Shown in pieces: positions 36,270-44,464 of a stretch of DNA of 48,215 nt. The notes below the pieces were generated by a model. It was given only the letters and a program-made list of their open reading frames with translations, was not told where the DNA came from and ran no database searches. Source of the DNA: a virus (Duplodnaviria; Caudoviricetes); the IMG/VR virus record IMGVR_UViG_3300038393_000577, positions 1 to 48,215 of that record; one strand, given 5' to 3'. The number at the start of each line of letters is the position of its first letter. Within the stretch, counting starts at the first letter, position 1. The translations under genes and the position numbers were made by a program.

Positions 36270-36468
36270 CTAGGAAACAGTTCTTAGCTCCGCTGCACAG
36301 GAGCTTGTCATTCCGGTAGGCACTGCGCCACTTGCGTACAGTCCTAGAGTGAACGCCGAGCTCCTTAGCTATTTCCATCGGGCTGGCGTACCGGACTGAG
36401 TGGAAGTACATGAAAGGGCAGCAGAAGCCGAGTGTGCTGATCTTCTTAATTACGACATTGTAAGCCAT
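36169..36468 (-). CDS. HTH DNA-binding protein with Cys residues
   Basis: PMEIAKELGVHSRTVRKW; 3' end overlaps the convergent gene by 101 bp. Confidence 0.7.
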   Translation of the reverse strand: MAYNVVIKKISTLGFCCPFMYFHSVRYASPMEIAKELGVHSRTVRKWRSAYRNDKLLCSGAKNCFLATQRAPVRYHGSSPVLAEGLDLALADERSGHCS

Positions 36469-36470
36469 TG

Positions 36471-37685
36471 TTAATCTCCTGATTTATGGCGCTGTTCGAG
36501 GGCAACTATCATATTATCCTTTGCGCCGCCTTGAATCTGGATATATCCCGCGAGTACAGCTGAATTAAGAGCGTTCTGGAACTCCATCGCAGACATGGTA
36601 CGGTACAGTAGTCGGTATAGATAGGACTGCGGAATGCGCTGTTTTTCCAATACTATATTAACTAGCTCCGATTGTCCACGAGTAATCTCAGTTTGTCCGA
36701 TCGTGGCAAATACCATAGGCATGTCCCGTTCAAGTGCTGAGGTCATTCCCTCGGCAAACTCCAGATGCTCGGGCTTGATGATCAGTTCGCTAGACTCCGA
36801 CGCGGCGAGAACCATAGCTAGCTTATGCACGTGAGTCTGTTTTCGGGCTAGATACCCGCCGAAACGGTTGTCGTCTAGGTGCTCCGGTCTGCTGGCCCAA
36901 TGCCGCTCGTACCAGTCAGTTCCCCAGACGATCGCCTCGGGCGATAGCTTATACTCTCCTATCATATTGGATATTATCTCTAGATCGTGGATGAGGTCTG
37001 CCCGTTGCTCGAGGAAGTTTTCCGGGGTGTTGAGTCCGGGGTAAGCCACCAGTTGTCTCTTCTTGTCTGCGTAGACGAAGATGCAGCGCGACGTAAATCC
37101 TCCCCCGACCATGTATTCTGGAAAGTTTCCCGCAATCCAGCCGGGAGTGGTGCAGGCGATAATATTGATCCAGGGGTTCTCGACACTGTCCGAGCCGCTA
37201 TGCTTCGTGACCTTTTCAAATACGCCTTTCTGTCCATCCCAGAGGCTAACCAGTGCATCCACCATCCCTCTGTCGTTCGGGTCGAGGAAAGTTCCAAACT
37301 CACTTGAGGCGATGGTGATAGCGGACATGGGATGATACTCCCCTGTCGCGGGCTCAAAAGCCATCTCGGTGGACTTACTAAGAGTCTCAACCAGTGCTTG
37401 CCAAGTAACGACATCTGGCCCAAATTTGATACCGGGAACCTCTCGAAGTAAGTTAATCCCAATGTTAGCTGTTGTGGATTTGCTAATGATACCTGGGGGT
37501 GCCACAAGGACAATGTAAAAGCAAGGTGTCCATTGGAAGTAGTTTTGGTCGATCCATACTCTACGGCGTAGGGCACCTGCCAGTGTGGACACACCTGTCC
37601 AGAATAATGTTTTGAGTGGGGCCTCTCCGTGGGAGGCGTACTCCATGAACTGCTTGAGCCAGCTATCTGTTTTGCGCTCACTCAC
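36471..37685 (-). CDS. DUF3987-like P-loop protein (putative replicative helicase-like)
   Basis: VAPPGIISKST atypical Walker A, SSEFGTFL, LWDG, GGFTSR; C-terminal winged-helix-like segment. Confidence 0.7.
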   Translation of the reverse strand: MSERKTDSWLKQFMEYASHGEAPLKTLFWTGVSTLAGALRRRVWIDQNYFQWTPCFYIVLVAPPGIISKSTTANIGINLLREVPGIKFGPDVVTWQALVETLSKSTEMAFEPATGEYHPMSAITIASSEFGTFLDPNDRGMVDALVSLWDGQKGVFEKVTKHSGSDSVENPWINIIACTTPGWIAGNFPEYMVGGGFTSRCIFVYADKKRQLVAYPGLNTPENFLEQRADLIHDLEIISNMIGEYKLSPEAIVWGTDWYERHWASRPEHLDDNRFGGYLARKQTHVHKLAMVLAASESSELIIKPEHLEFAEGMTSALERDMPMVFATIGQTEITRGQSELVNIVLEKQRIPQSYLYRLLYRTMSAMEFQNALNSAVLAGYIQIQGGAKDNMIVALEQRHKSGD

Positions 37686-37709
37686 TTTTTCTCCTCTATG
37701 TTAACTTTT

Positions 37710-37740
37710 TGTGGGGATTATATTAGATATAATATCCACA
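37710..37740. promoter_or_regulatory. 31-bp palindromic site, copy 4
   Basis: TGTGG-gga-TTATAT-tag-ATATAA-tat-CCACA between the polymerase and DUF3987-like genes. Confidence 0.75.
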
Positions 37741-37741
37741 T

Positions 37742-40180
37742 CTATTCGACGCCCAGTTCTTTCCAAGTATAAGTCTTAAGATCCCCCCAGGAGGTAGTAG
37801 ATAGGTCTATGGAAGTGCTAATGATAAGGGGGTCGGAGTAAGGCACAGGTACGGTTAGACACTTTTTTAAAATTGGAAGGTTAATATATCGGTGGTCTTT
37901 CGGGTATTGGCCTACAATAGAGTCATGGACTTGGAGAAGAAGCTCCATGGAGGAACCGGACTCAGCGATGTTGCATAGACCTTTAAGGCTGACGATAGCG
38001 ATGGTTGATTGAGGTATCCACGCGAGAGCCTGAGGCAAGAGTCCCTCGATGCGATCGAAGTAGAACCTACGGAAACCGAACTTGTTCCTGACGCTGCGGG
38101 TAGTCATCAGGCTGTTCTCGACCTCGAGATGCCACGTCTTAATCCCCGGATGCATTTGGAACCAGCGCCGTTGGAATAGCTCGGACTCGTGGATAGTCAT
38201 GCCTAGGGCTTTGGAAAGGGTAGGTGGCTTTCCGCCGTAGTTGGTAAGGTGACAACCCATTTTCGCTCGTTTGTAATAAGGCGCCTTTTTTCCATCTGGG
38301 CCAGCATCATTGCCGTATATGTCCTTAGCATTAAGGGCGTGGATCTTAGCTCCACTTCGAAACTTTGCCTTAAGGTCATCATCTTCCGCCTCCCACGCAA
38401 CGACCTGAGCATCTGCCCCGGCCAAGTCAACATCGAATTGCTCGTAGCCCCGGTCAGGAATTACCATGCGCCTGACGTTAGGGAATATGAACTGGCCCGG
38501 AAGCACGTCCTCGTCCTCAGTTCCCTTCGGCCAGTTTTGGAGATTGCCTCCGGAGCCAAAAGCATTTTTCGAGGAGGACAGCCGGTAGGTTTCAGTCCCT
38601 GCTGCGTTGAAGGAGCAGCGCATACGTCCGTCCTTGTCAAGCTGCATCATAACGAAGGTGGAGAGGAACACTCCGATGGATCTGGCTTCTTCAATTAAAT
38701 GAACGAGTGGCTTAAGGATAGGCTCTCTCTGCCCGAAAATTTCTAGGGCTTGTCCATCGGTAGTAGGCTTGTGCGTTTTCTTGTGCGGGACGACTTTCAT
38801 CTGAAGCTGATCGTAGAAGAGCTCCTTCATCTGTTTCGGGGAAGAGATATTGAGTTCCCCCGAGACAAGATAATTTATCTCTTCCTCCCGCTTTTGTATC
38901 TCAGGCTGGAGAGCCAGCATCAGACGGTTCTTCTCGTTCTTGTCGATATTGGAGCCCCGGACCATCATAGTAAGGAGGTGCCCATTTGTCTGGTGAACGA
39001 AGTCGCACTGATCCTGGAAGCCGAGCTGCTTGACGAGCGGTCGGAGGGTCCCGGCGATCTCATAAGTATTCACACAGTCCTTTGCGTTGTACAGCCAGAA
39101 CTGATCCAGATCCTTCGGGAGGGACTTATAATCAGTTAGCTCGTCCTTCCAATAGACATAGTACTTGCAGTAGAGTGAGGCAAGGAAGCCTAAGTCCTTG
39201 GGAATCCCGGGGAAGATGGAATGCTGTGCCAGCATCGTGTCGAAGCTGATCTTCGGCCGGAAGCCCCAGTGCCTGATTATATGCTGAGCATCATACACTC
39301 CATTCTGCCATTCGACCTCAATCTTTGGATGGGTCAGGACTCGCTTCAGTCCCCAGATGATTTCGGTTTCCTCCTCTAGGGTATAGTAATGACTATGCTT
39401 CGCGTCCATGAAGGGAATGCACATAGCCTCAGTCTCTGACCACGCGATTCCAATGCAAGCGATGTGTCGGGCTATGGTCTCAATGTCAGCTACCAGCCGG
39501 ATAGGTCCCTTAGTGTAAGTGGCCTTGTAGTAGAAACTGTTGAGGAGGGTCTTCACCTCTTCAAACGTGGGACGGATTTTGAGCTGATAGTCTGGAGTAC
39601 GAATCTCGGGGAACTCACTCTCCACTCTAGCCCGTTCCAGATCCCGGACTGCGAAGGCCCGCCACTCCCACATACGCATGATCTGGGAAGGAGTGTACGT
39701 AGGAATCAGTTTATAGGGCCTTTCGCCTAGCGCATTGTCGAACTGCATAATCGAGCCGCGCCATTTGCTCACGCTATTTTCCTGAGTCAGATACCAGAGG
39801 GCTGCATCTCCGAGAGGGATAATAACGTTAGGATTGCAGGCCTCTATCTCCGGGAGAATGTGCTTGACTCGCTCGTAGAAGTCCTTTACGTAATACGCTC
39901 CGTCGATCTTCTTAGCTCCAGGGATACAGGCTTTTGCCTCCGCGGAGTCCTTCGTCCAGACATATTTCATCTGGCTATTATAAGGCCTAGACCGCAGGAG
40001 CGAGGTATACCTGATCTCCGTTGTCAGGTGTCCGGCTTCCTGCAGCATCTTCATGAACTCATTCCCGGAGGAACCGGAGAACAAGCGCATCTTGCGCTCA
40101 TCCTCCACAGAGGGATGCTCCCCGATGATGAGAATCTTCGCCGGGACTGGGCCGTGCGAGGGGACTGTTATCTGACTCAT
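37742..40180 (-). CDS. polA: Family A DNA polymerase with an N-terminal uracil-DNA glycosylase-like domain
   Basis: GEHP..F.G.SG UDG-like motif; exonuclease DIET, NGVYD, YNAKD; TETYRLSS, NLQN; motifs A DLAGAD, B AKMGCHLTNYG, C VHDS. Confidence 0.95.
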   Translation of the reverse strand: MSQITVPSHGPVPAKILIIGEHPSVEDERKMRLFSGSSGNEFMKMLQEAGHLTTEIRYTSLLRSRPYNSQMKYVWTKDSAEAKACIPGAKKIDGAYYVKDFYERVKHILPEIEACNPNVIIPLGDAALWYLTQENSVSKWRGSIMQFDNALGERPYKLIPTYTPSQIMRMWEWRAFAVRDLERARVESEFPEIRTPDYQLKIRPTFEEVKTLLNSFYYKATYTKGPIRLVADIETIARHIACIGIAWSETEAMCIPFMDAKHSHYYTLEEETEIIWGLKRVLTHPKIEVEWQNGVYDAQHIIRHWGFRPKISFDTMLAQHSIFPGIPKDLGFLASLYCKYYVYWKDELTDYKSLPKDLDQFWLYNAKDCVNTYEIAGTLRPLVKQLGFQDQCDFVHQTNGHLLTMMVRGSNIDKNEKNRLMLALQPEIQKREEEINYLVSGELNISSPKQMKELFYDQLQMKVVPHKKTHKPTTDGQALEIFGQREPILKPLVHLIEEARSIGVFLSTFVMMQLDKDGRMRCSFNAAGTETYRLSSSKNAFGSGGNLQNWPKGTEDEDVLPGQFIFPNVRRMVIPDRGYEQFDVDLAGADAQVVAWEAEDDDLKAKFRSGAKIHALNAKDIYGNDAGPDGKKAPYYKRAKMGCHLTNYGGKPPTLSKALGMTIHESELFQRRWFQMHPGIKTWHLEVENSLMTTRSVRNKFGFRRFYFDRIEGLLPQALAWIPQSTIAIVSLKGLCNIAESGSSMELLLQVHDSIVGQYPKDHRYINLPILKKCLTVPVPYSDPLIISTSIDLSTTSWGDLKTYTWKELGVE

Positions 40181-41490
40181 TCCTCTTCCTCCAGTTCCAA
40201 GTCAATTTGATCTAGTGCATTGTCCTTAAGTCTTCCGAGGCAGAGATTAAAGTTGCCGGGATCAATTTCGAAGAGAGTAGCAACGCAACGAGTCTGGATT
40301 GCGGCACTGATCGTAGTGCCACTTCCACCTGTGGGATCAAAGATTCTATTTCCCGGTAAGCACGAGCGGGATATAAGATCGACATAGAGGTCAACCGGTT
40401 TCTGAGCGCCATGAGATAGTCTCTTATCTCCTGACACGGAGATGACGTCGTTTCGCACTGACAGAACTTTCCTACCTCCCCTGGAAGCAAACAGGATACA
40501 TTCATATGTATACCTCGGGCCGTGCTCCGGGCGGGAGAGCATACCATTTCCTTTACTCCAAATGAGAGGACGCGGCCAGACGTCCCATCCAGCAAGATCG
40601 AACTCAGCCGATATTTTTTGAAAGTGTTCAATGGAACAGAAGATATAACAGTGGGCCTCTTGTTTCGCAATGCGATAGCCTTCGATCGCAATGAACCTGT
40701 ATATTGCATGAGCTGTCTCCCAGTCGTCTTTGTAATTGTGGCCAGTGTCTGACATATCCCCGAATGAATCCGCGTCCACTCCATAGGGAGGATCGGCTAG
40801 GATCAAGTCGAAGTAGCCATCGGGAAGGGTTGGAGTAAGCTGGAACATGTCCCCGCAGCGGAGGTCGTGCTCTACTTTCTTGAGGTCAACCTTCGCGGCT
40901 AGCTCCGCGCGCCATTCAGTCTGCTTGATCTTCTTCAGGGCTTTGACAGCTTCCTTCTGAGTCTTGGCCTTGGCTACCTCGGGGATATGCATGTTCTCGG
41001 CTAGAACGAGAATTTCCTTGACAATCCCTCCGTGGCCACTGTTCTTGCTCCCGTGAATTTCAGCTGTCAGATCGGCTACGGAATAAGGCTTATCCTCTTT
41101 CGCGGCCTGTGCCTTGCGGAGCTCGCTTAGTTGTCTCGTGGCGAATGCCTTCTCCTGCCATGTGAGGTCTACCCGTATGACGTTCTCTTCCAGTTCCGCT
41201 TCCATCACGTCGAGAGGATCGAGTTCGGCTAGCTTGGTAACAGGGATCATGTAGTCGGGGAGAATCTCGCCGTGGTAGACTACGAGTCCTTCCTCTTGAA
41301 ATAGCTCTTTGAGCGCTCGTAACCTCCGCTCACCAGCTATAAGAGTCACACCGTCATTCCTTACGACAGGAGGGTGGAGGAGCCCCTTGGACAGAATGGA
41401 CTTCTTCAGGTCGTCCAGTTCCTTCCGGGTGAACTCCTTCCGCTGGCGATTCTCGGGGATCAGGATTGAGTTGATAGGGACTAGGTTCAT
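40177..41490 (-). CDS. ParB/Spo0J-like domain fused to a beta-class N6-A/N4-C DNA methyltransferase
   Basis: LIAGERRLRA and EENVIRVDL; ADPPY precedes HGAQKP and FDPTGGSGTT. Confidence 0.9.
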   Translation of the reverse strand: MNLVPINSILIPENRQRKEFTRKELDDLKKSILSKGLLHPPVVRNDGVTLIAGERRLRALKELFQEEGLVVYHGEILPDYMIPVTKLAELDPLDVMEAELEENVIRVDLTWQEKAFATRQLSELRKAQAAKEDKPYSVADLTAEIHGSKNSGHGGIVKEILVLAENMHIPEVAKAKTQKEAVKALKKIKQTEWRAELAAKVDLKKVEHDLRCGDMFQLTPTLPDGYFDLILADPPYGVDADSFGDMSDTGHNYKDDWETAHAIYRFIAIEGYRIAKQEAHCYIFCSIEHFQKISAEFDLAGWDVWPRPLIWSKGNGMLSRPEHGPRYTYECILFASRGGRKVLSVRNDVISVSGDKRLSHGAQKPVDLYVDLISRSCLPGNRIFDPTGGSGTTISAAIQTRCVATLFEIDPGNFNLCLGRLKDNALDQIDLELEEEE

Positions 41491-41855
41491 TTCACTTCTT
41501 CCTTGTCAGCACGAGCCTGAGCAGCTGCGTCGGAGTAAGAGCCTCCGTAACGTTTCTCGAGCTTGTTCATGTTATGCTTGAGAGTCTCGCCCCGGCCAAT
41601 GCCTAGATTGAAGCGGAGTTGCGCGAGGTAGAATTCGAGGTCACCTAGTTCCTCCACCACGTTCATGAAGTCCAGGGGCTTATTATATATGACATGCTTC
41701 TTTATTGCGTCAAGCAATTCCCCAGCTTCTCCAGAAATGCCTATAGCTGCATGGATCATATCTGCTTTGATCGGGTTAAGTCCTGTCATAATATCCTCAC
41801 CGGGCTTAGCAAGATTCATAACCATGTGAGCGTGTTCGAGTTCTGTCTTTGTCAT
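41487..41855 (-). CDS. MazG-like NTP pyrophosphohydrolase
   Basis: GISGEAGELLDAIKK...EELGDLEFY...NKLEKRY. Confidence 0.9.
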   Translation of the reverse strand: MTKTELEHAHMVMNLAKPGEDIMTGLNPIKADMIHAAIGISGEAGELLDAIKKHVIYNKPLDFMNVVEELGDLEFYLAQLRFNLGIGRGETLKHNMNKLEKRYGGSYSDAAAQARADKEEVK

Positions 41856-42082
41856 AGTATATCCTTAACGTGAAGGTAGTTGAAAATGCGCCGGAGCCAA
41901 TAGGAGCGGATGAACGAGACTACGGTAAAGATAATCGTTATCCCTATGTGGCTAGAGGCTGAAATGTAAATGCCGAACAGGGGAAAGACTAGCACCTGTG
42001 TCAGGAACGCTACGCCTATCCCCACTAGAATGTTAATCAGTGACTCGGCCACCGAGTGTTTGCGGGACTGGCCTATTCTCAT
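41852..42082 (-). CDS. Small two-TM phage membrane protein
   Basis: QSRKHSVAESLINILVG...SFIRSYWLRRIFN. Confidence 0.8.
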   Translation of the reverse strand: MRIGQSRKHSVAESLINILVGIGVAFLTQVLVFPLFGIYISASSHIGITIIFTVVSFIRSYWLRRIFNYLHVKDIL

Positions 42083-42494
42083 TTTTTCTCCTCAGGATTT
42101 CGAACAAGTAACCTTGAAGGTTGAACAAGAGGGCGCAGATAGCTTCCTCGATCTGAGCGGGTGAGGCATGCCCCCGATGAAGAGTCCATAGCTCCATAAA
42201 GTGGCGGAAAGCAGACTTCATATACACCTCGAGAGGAATGCCCTTCTGCCAGTTGTCTCCATCGCGGATATTGCCGTCAGATTGCACACGGTTCTTGTGC
42301 ATATACTGCGCGTAGCGGGTAAGAACGAGCGGGGAGAGGAAAGCCTCGTAGTCCAGTTTGCTAGTGTCTGTATCGCGGTAGGCTCCGGTCTCGAAAGTTC
42401 GGCCAAGAGTAGTAGGGATTTGCGGGTCTAGCTTGCCCTGCCTAGCCGCTGCAACTGCCTCGTCAAAGGTGGGATATTTACTCGGGGTAGCCAT
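42033..42494 (-). CDS. DUF5664-like dATP/dGTP diphosphohydrolase-domain protein
   Basis: FETGAYRD...NWQKGIP...SAFRH...ALLFN pattern. Confidence 0.7.
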   Translation of the reverse strand: MATPSKYPTFDEAVAAARQGKLDPQIPTTLGRTFETGAYRDTDTSKLDYEAFLSPLVLTRYAQYMHKNRVQSDGNIRDGDNWQKGIPLEVYMKSAFRHFMELWTLHRGHASPAQIEEAICALLFNLQGYLFEILRRKNENRPVPQTLGGRVTD

Positions 42495-42688
42495 TATATG
42501 ATCTCCTTCTCTTTCGCAATCCAAGCAGACATTGTAACTCGGGTGAATCCATCAGGAGTATCCTCCGTGCTCTCAATTTGAGACAGAGGAATCCACAGCA
42601 TCTCATCGTGGTGCTCTATCATAATTGCTTTCTCAGTCTGCTTCCGGATGTGTGTTTTGACTGAGACTAATTCCGGGGCTAGGCCCAT
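42494..42688 (-). CDS. Small beta-rich hypothetical protein
   Basis: GGAGG SD; TEKAI..WIPLSQI..W.AKEK. Confidence 0.8.
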   Translation of the reverse strand: MGLAPELVSVKTHIRKQTEKAIMIEHHDEMLWIPLSQIESTEDTPDGFTRVTMSAWIAKEKEII

Positions 42689-42700
42689 TTCAAGTCCTCC

Positions 42701-42733
42701 AAAAGAAACTAGGCGGATTGTAGCCCGCCTAGT
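42701..42733 (-). terminator. Rho-independent terminator
   Basis: ACTAGGCGGG-ctacaa-TCCGCCTAGT then TTCTTTT. Confidence 0.8.
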
Positions 42734-42758
42734 CAGTTTGCTTTATACTACCTTGTTA

Positions 42759-43196
42759 TTAGTCGACTGCAGTGACTGCCTTCACATCGGCCTGAATCTC
42801 GTCCTCATAGGTGCGATGAGCTACTTTCACCTTGACGACTTGCCCGACGAGCATTCCCGGTTGCCAAGCCTTACCCTTCTGGTTCTGGCCGCAGGCTTCG
42901 CGGAGTTTGCCCAGATGGATGTTCTTGCCTTCGCCGATTGCCAGTCCTCCGGTGGGGGTCAGGTCGAGGAAGATGGACTGCCGAACTTGGGGAGAGTCGA
43001 AGCCAGTGACTGCTGCGACCTCGGGATCATCAATGCCGTAGATCACGTCGAGGACTGCTTTGTCCTTCGCGGCGCGCGGCTTGATTTCCTTGATGACTGC
43101 AACATACTCGCCTTCAGGCACGGGAACTCGGGCTGTGGAAAAGGACTCGTCGAAGGAGGTATTGAGGAAGGTCTCGGGATTGAATACGGATGCCAT
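42759..43196 (-). CDS. Probable ssDNA-binding protein (DUF669-like)
   Basis: PVPEGEY.A.I and LVGQVVKVKV motifs; follows the exonuclease and AAA genes. Confidence 0.7.
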   Translation of the reverse strand: MASVFNPETFLNTSFDESFSTARVPVPEGEYVAVIKEIKPRAAKDKAVLDVIYGIDDPEVAAVTGFDSPQVRQSIFLDLTPTGGLAIGEGKNIHLGKLREACGQNQKGKAWQPGMLVGQVVKVKVAHRTYEDEIQADVKAVTAVD

Positions 43197-43214
43197 GATA
43201 TAAGGTTTCCTATA

Positions 43215-43465
43215 AAAGTATAAAGGTAAATGGAGGGACAGTGTTTTGGGCAGGTACTGTACTTCGTGTAACCTGTATGCATCACCAGAAATCAGACACT
43301 TGGCGCTAGATCGAAGCGGCTTCTACAGATCAATCCCCACTGACTGACCTGACTTCTAACGCTGTTACCTGACAAAGGGCTGGAAGCAATGTTCTCCAGT
43401 CTGGCTGCCTCCGTAGCAATTATTCCGATTGCCACCACGGTCGCCGTCGAAGCAAAGGCAACAAC
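43215..43465 (-). ncRNA. Candidate structured leader upstream of the SSB gene
   Basis: Several nested stems with G-U pairs on the minus strand. Confidence 0.4.
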
Positions 43466-43469
43466 GAAT

Positions 43470-43610
43470 CTATAAGTTCCAGGTGCGGAGACGAGTTTTT
43501 TCACCTGTGAAAACACAATCAGCTATTTTTGCCTGATGCTTTTCAATAGCTTTTAACGTCACGAGTATCTCTTTCAAAGTAGAGAGCAGATCTTGTAGGT
43601 ACTTAATCAT
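43470..43610 (-). CDS. Small hypothetical protein, 46 aa (not in the ORF track)
   Basis: ATGA overlap with the AAA gene; MIKYLQDLLSTLKEILVTLKAIEK... Confidence 0.55.
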   Translation of the reverse strand: MIKYLQDLLSTLKEILVTLKAIEKHQAKIADCVFTGEKTRLRTWNL

Positions 43611-44464
43611 ATTCCCGCTGCCTCGTTCTTTGCGCTCCAGCTCTTGACAAGTGAAACGAAGGAGGGAGGCATATTATCAGCCCAAGGAAGATTACGCGCC
43701 TTGAGAACAGTATTCGGAGAGGTCGTAGACCAGTAGAACTTTGTCTCTTGTCTCTGGGCGTGGATTACGTCGGAGAAGAGCTTCGGAATCTTCGGGGCCA
43801 GTTTTCTGCCGATCGTCGAGACCATTGTAGAGATTCCTCCGGTAAGTTCATTGGTCTCTTTCTCCGTGTGGCCTACCACGACGACATGGCACTTCAGATC
43901 ATTGCAGAGCTTCTCGATGAAGTTCTCCAGATTGTCCATAGCCACGCCGTAGTCAGCGGGCGACTTCATTGGCTTGCTCCCGGCGACTAAGTTCATAGCC
44001 ATGTTGTTGATGCCTGAGAGACTGTCAATCCACAGGACTTGCGACTGATCAAGGTTGTCCACGGGGCCGTACTTTTTCCCAGTGCGAATATCGGTGTAAT
44101 CTGACATAGCGACCAGTAGCTCCATAAACTCCGCGTGTTCACCCTTGTTGATGTGAGGCAGCTCGGTGAGCATCTTGAAGGTCATCGTGTTGATTTTCTT
44201 GGCTGAATCAATCATCTTTTCCCAAGAGACCGTAGATGGGCTGATGTAGTTCCAGTGGAGCTTGTCGGAAGGAATATCCGCGACGACCTCCATGCCGGGC
44301 TCAGTAAATATTGCGAAGACCTCGAGGCCTGCCTCAATAAGGGTACGGAGAGCATGCGTTTTGCCTGTTCCGGCGTCCCCCATTAGTAGAGTCTTAAATC
44401 CGGGGATAGAGTACTTTGGCGTTACTTTCACGTGGTGAACTTCCGTCTGATTAGTCATGGTCAA
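43607..44464 (-). CDS. AAA_24/Sak4-like ATPase (recombinase)
   Basis: GDAGTGKT Walker A, WIDSLS Walker B, VVGH. Confidence 0.85.
   Translation of the reverse strand: MTMTNQTEVHHVKVTPKYSIPGFKTLLMGDAGTGKTHALRTLIEAGLEVFAIFTEPGMEVVADIPSDKLHWNYISPSTVSWEKMIDSAKKINTMTFKMLTELPHINKGEHAEFMELLVAMSDYTDIRTGKKYGPVDNLDQSQVLWIDSLSGINNMAMNLVAGSKPMKSPADYGVAMDNLENFIEKLCNDLKCHVVVVGHTEKETNELTGGISTMVSTIGRKLAPKIPKLFSDVIHAQRQETKFYWSTTSPNTVLKARNLPWADNMPPSFVSLVKSWSAKNEAAGI

Noticed and set aside
36980-37681. 233-aa alternative-frame ORF within the DUF3987-like gene, and other long shadow ORFs
   Set aside because: No recognisable motifs, Ser/Pro/Arg-rich composition typical of off-frame translation, and fully nested in well-supported genes
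37742-42494. Z-genome (2-aminoadenine) or 7-deazaguanine modification pathway
   Set aside because: No PurZ, DatZ-like HD hydrolase, QueC/D/E, FolE or DpdA recognised in the window
43292-43516. 74-aa ORF upstream of the SSB gene
   Set aside because: No clear SD and it overlaps the coupled 43470..43610 ORF; the region is better explained as structured RNA, though coding is not excluded
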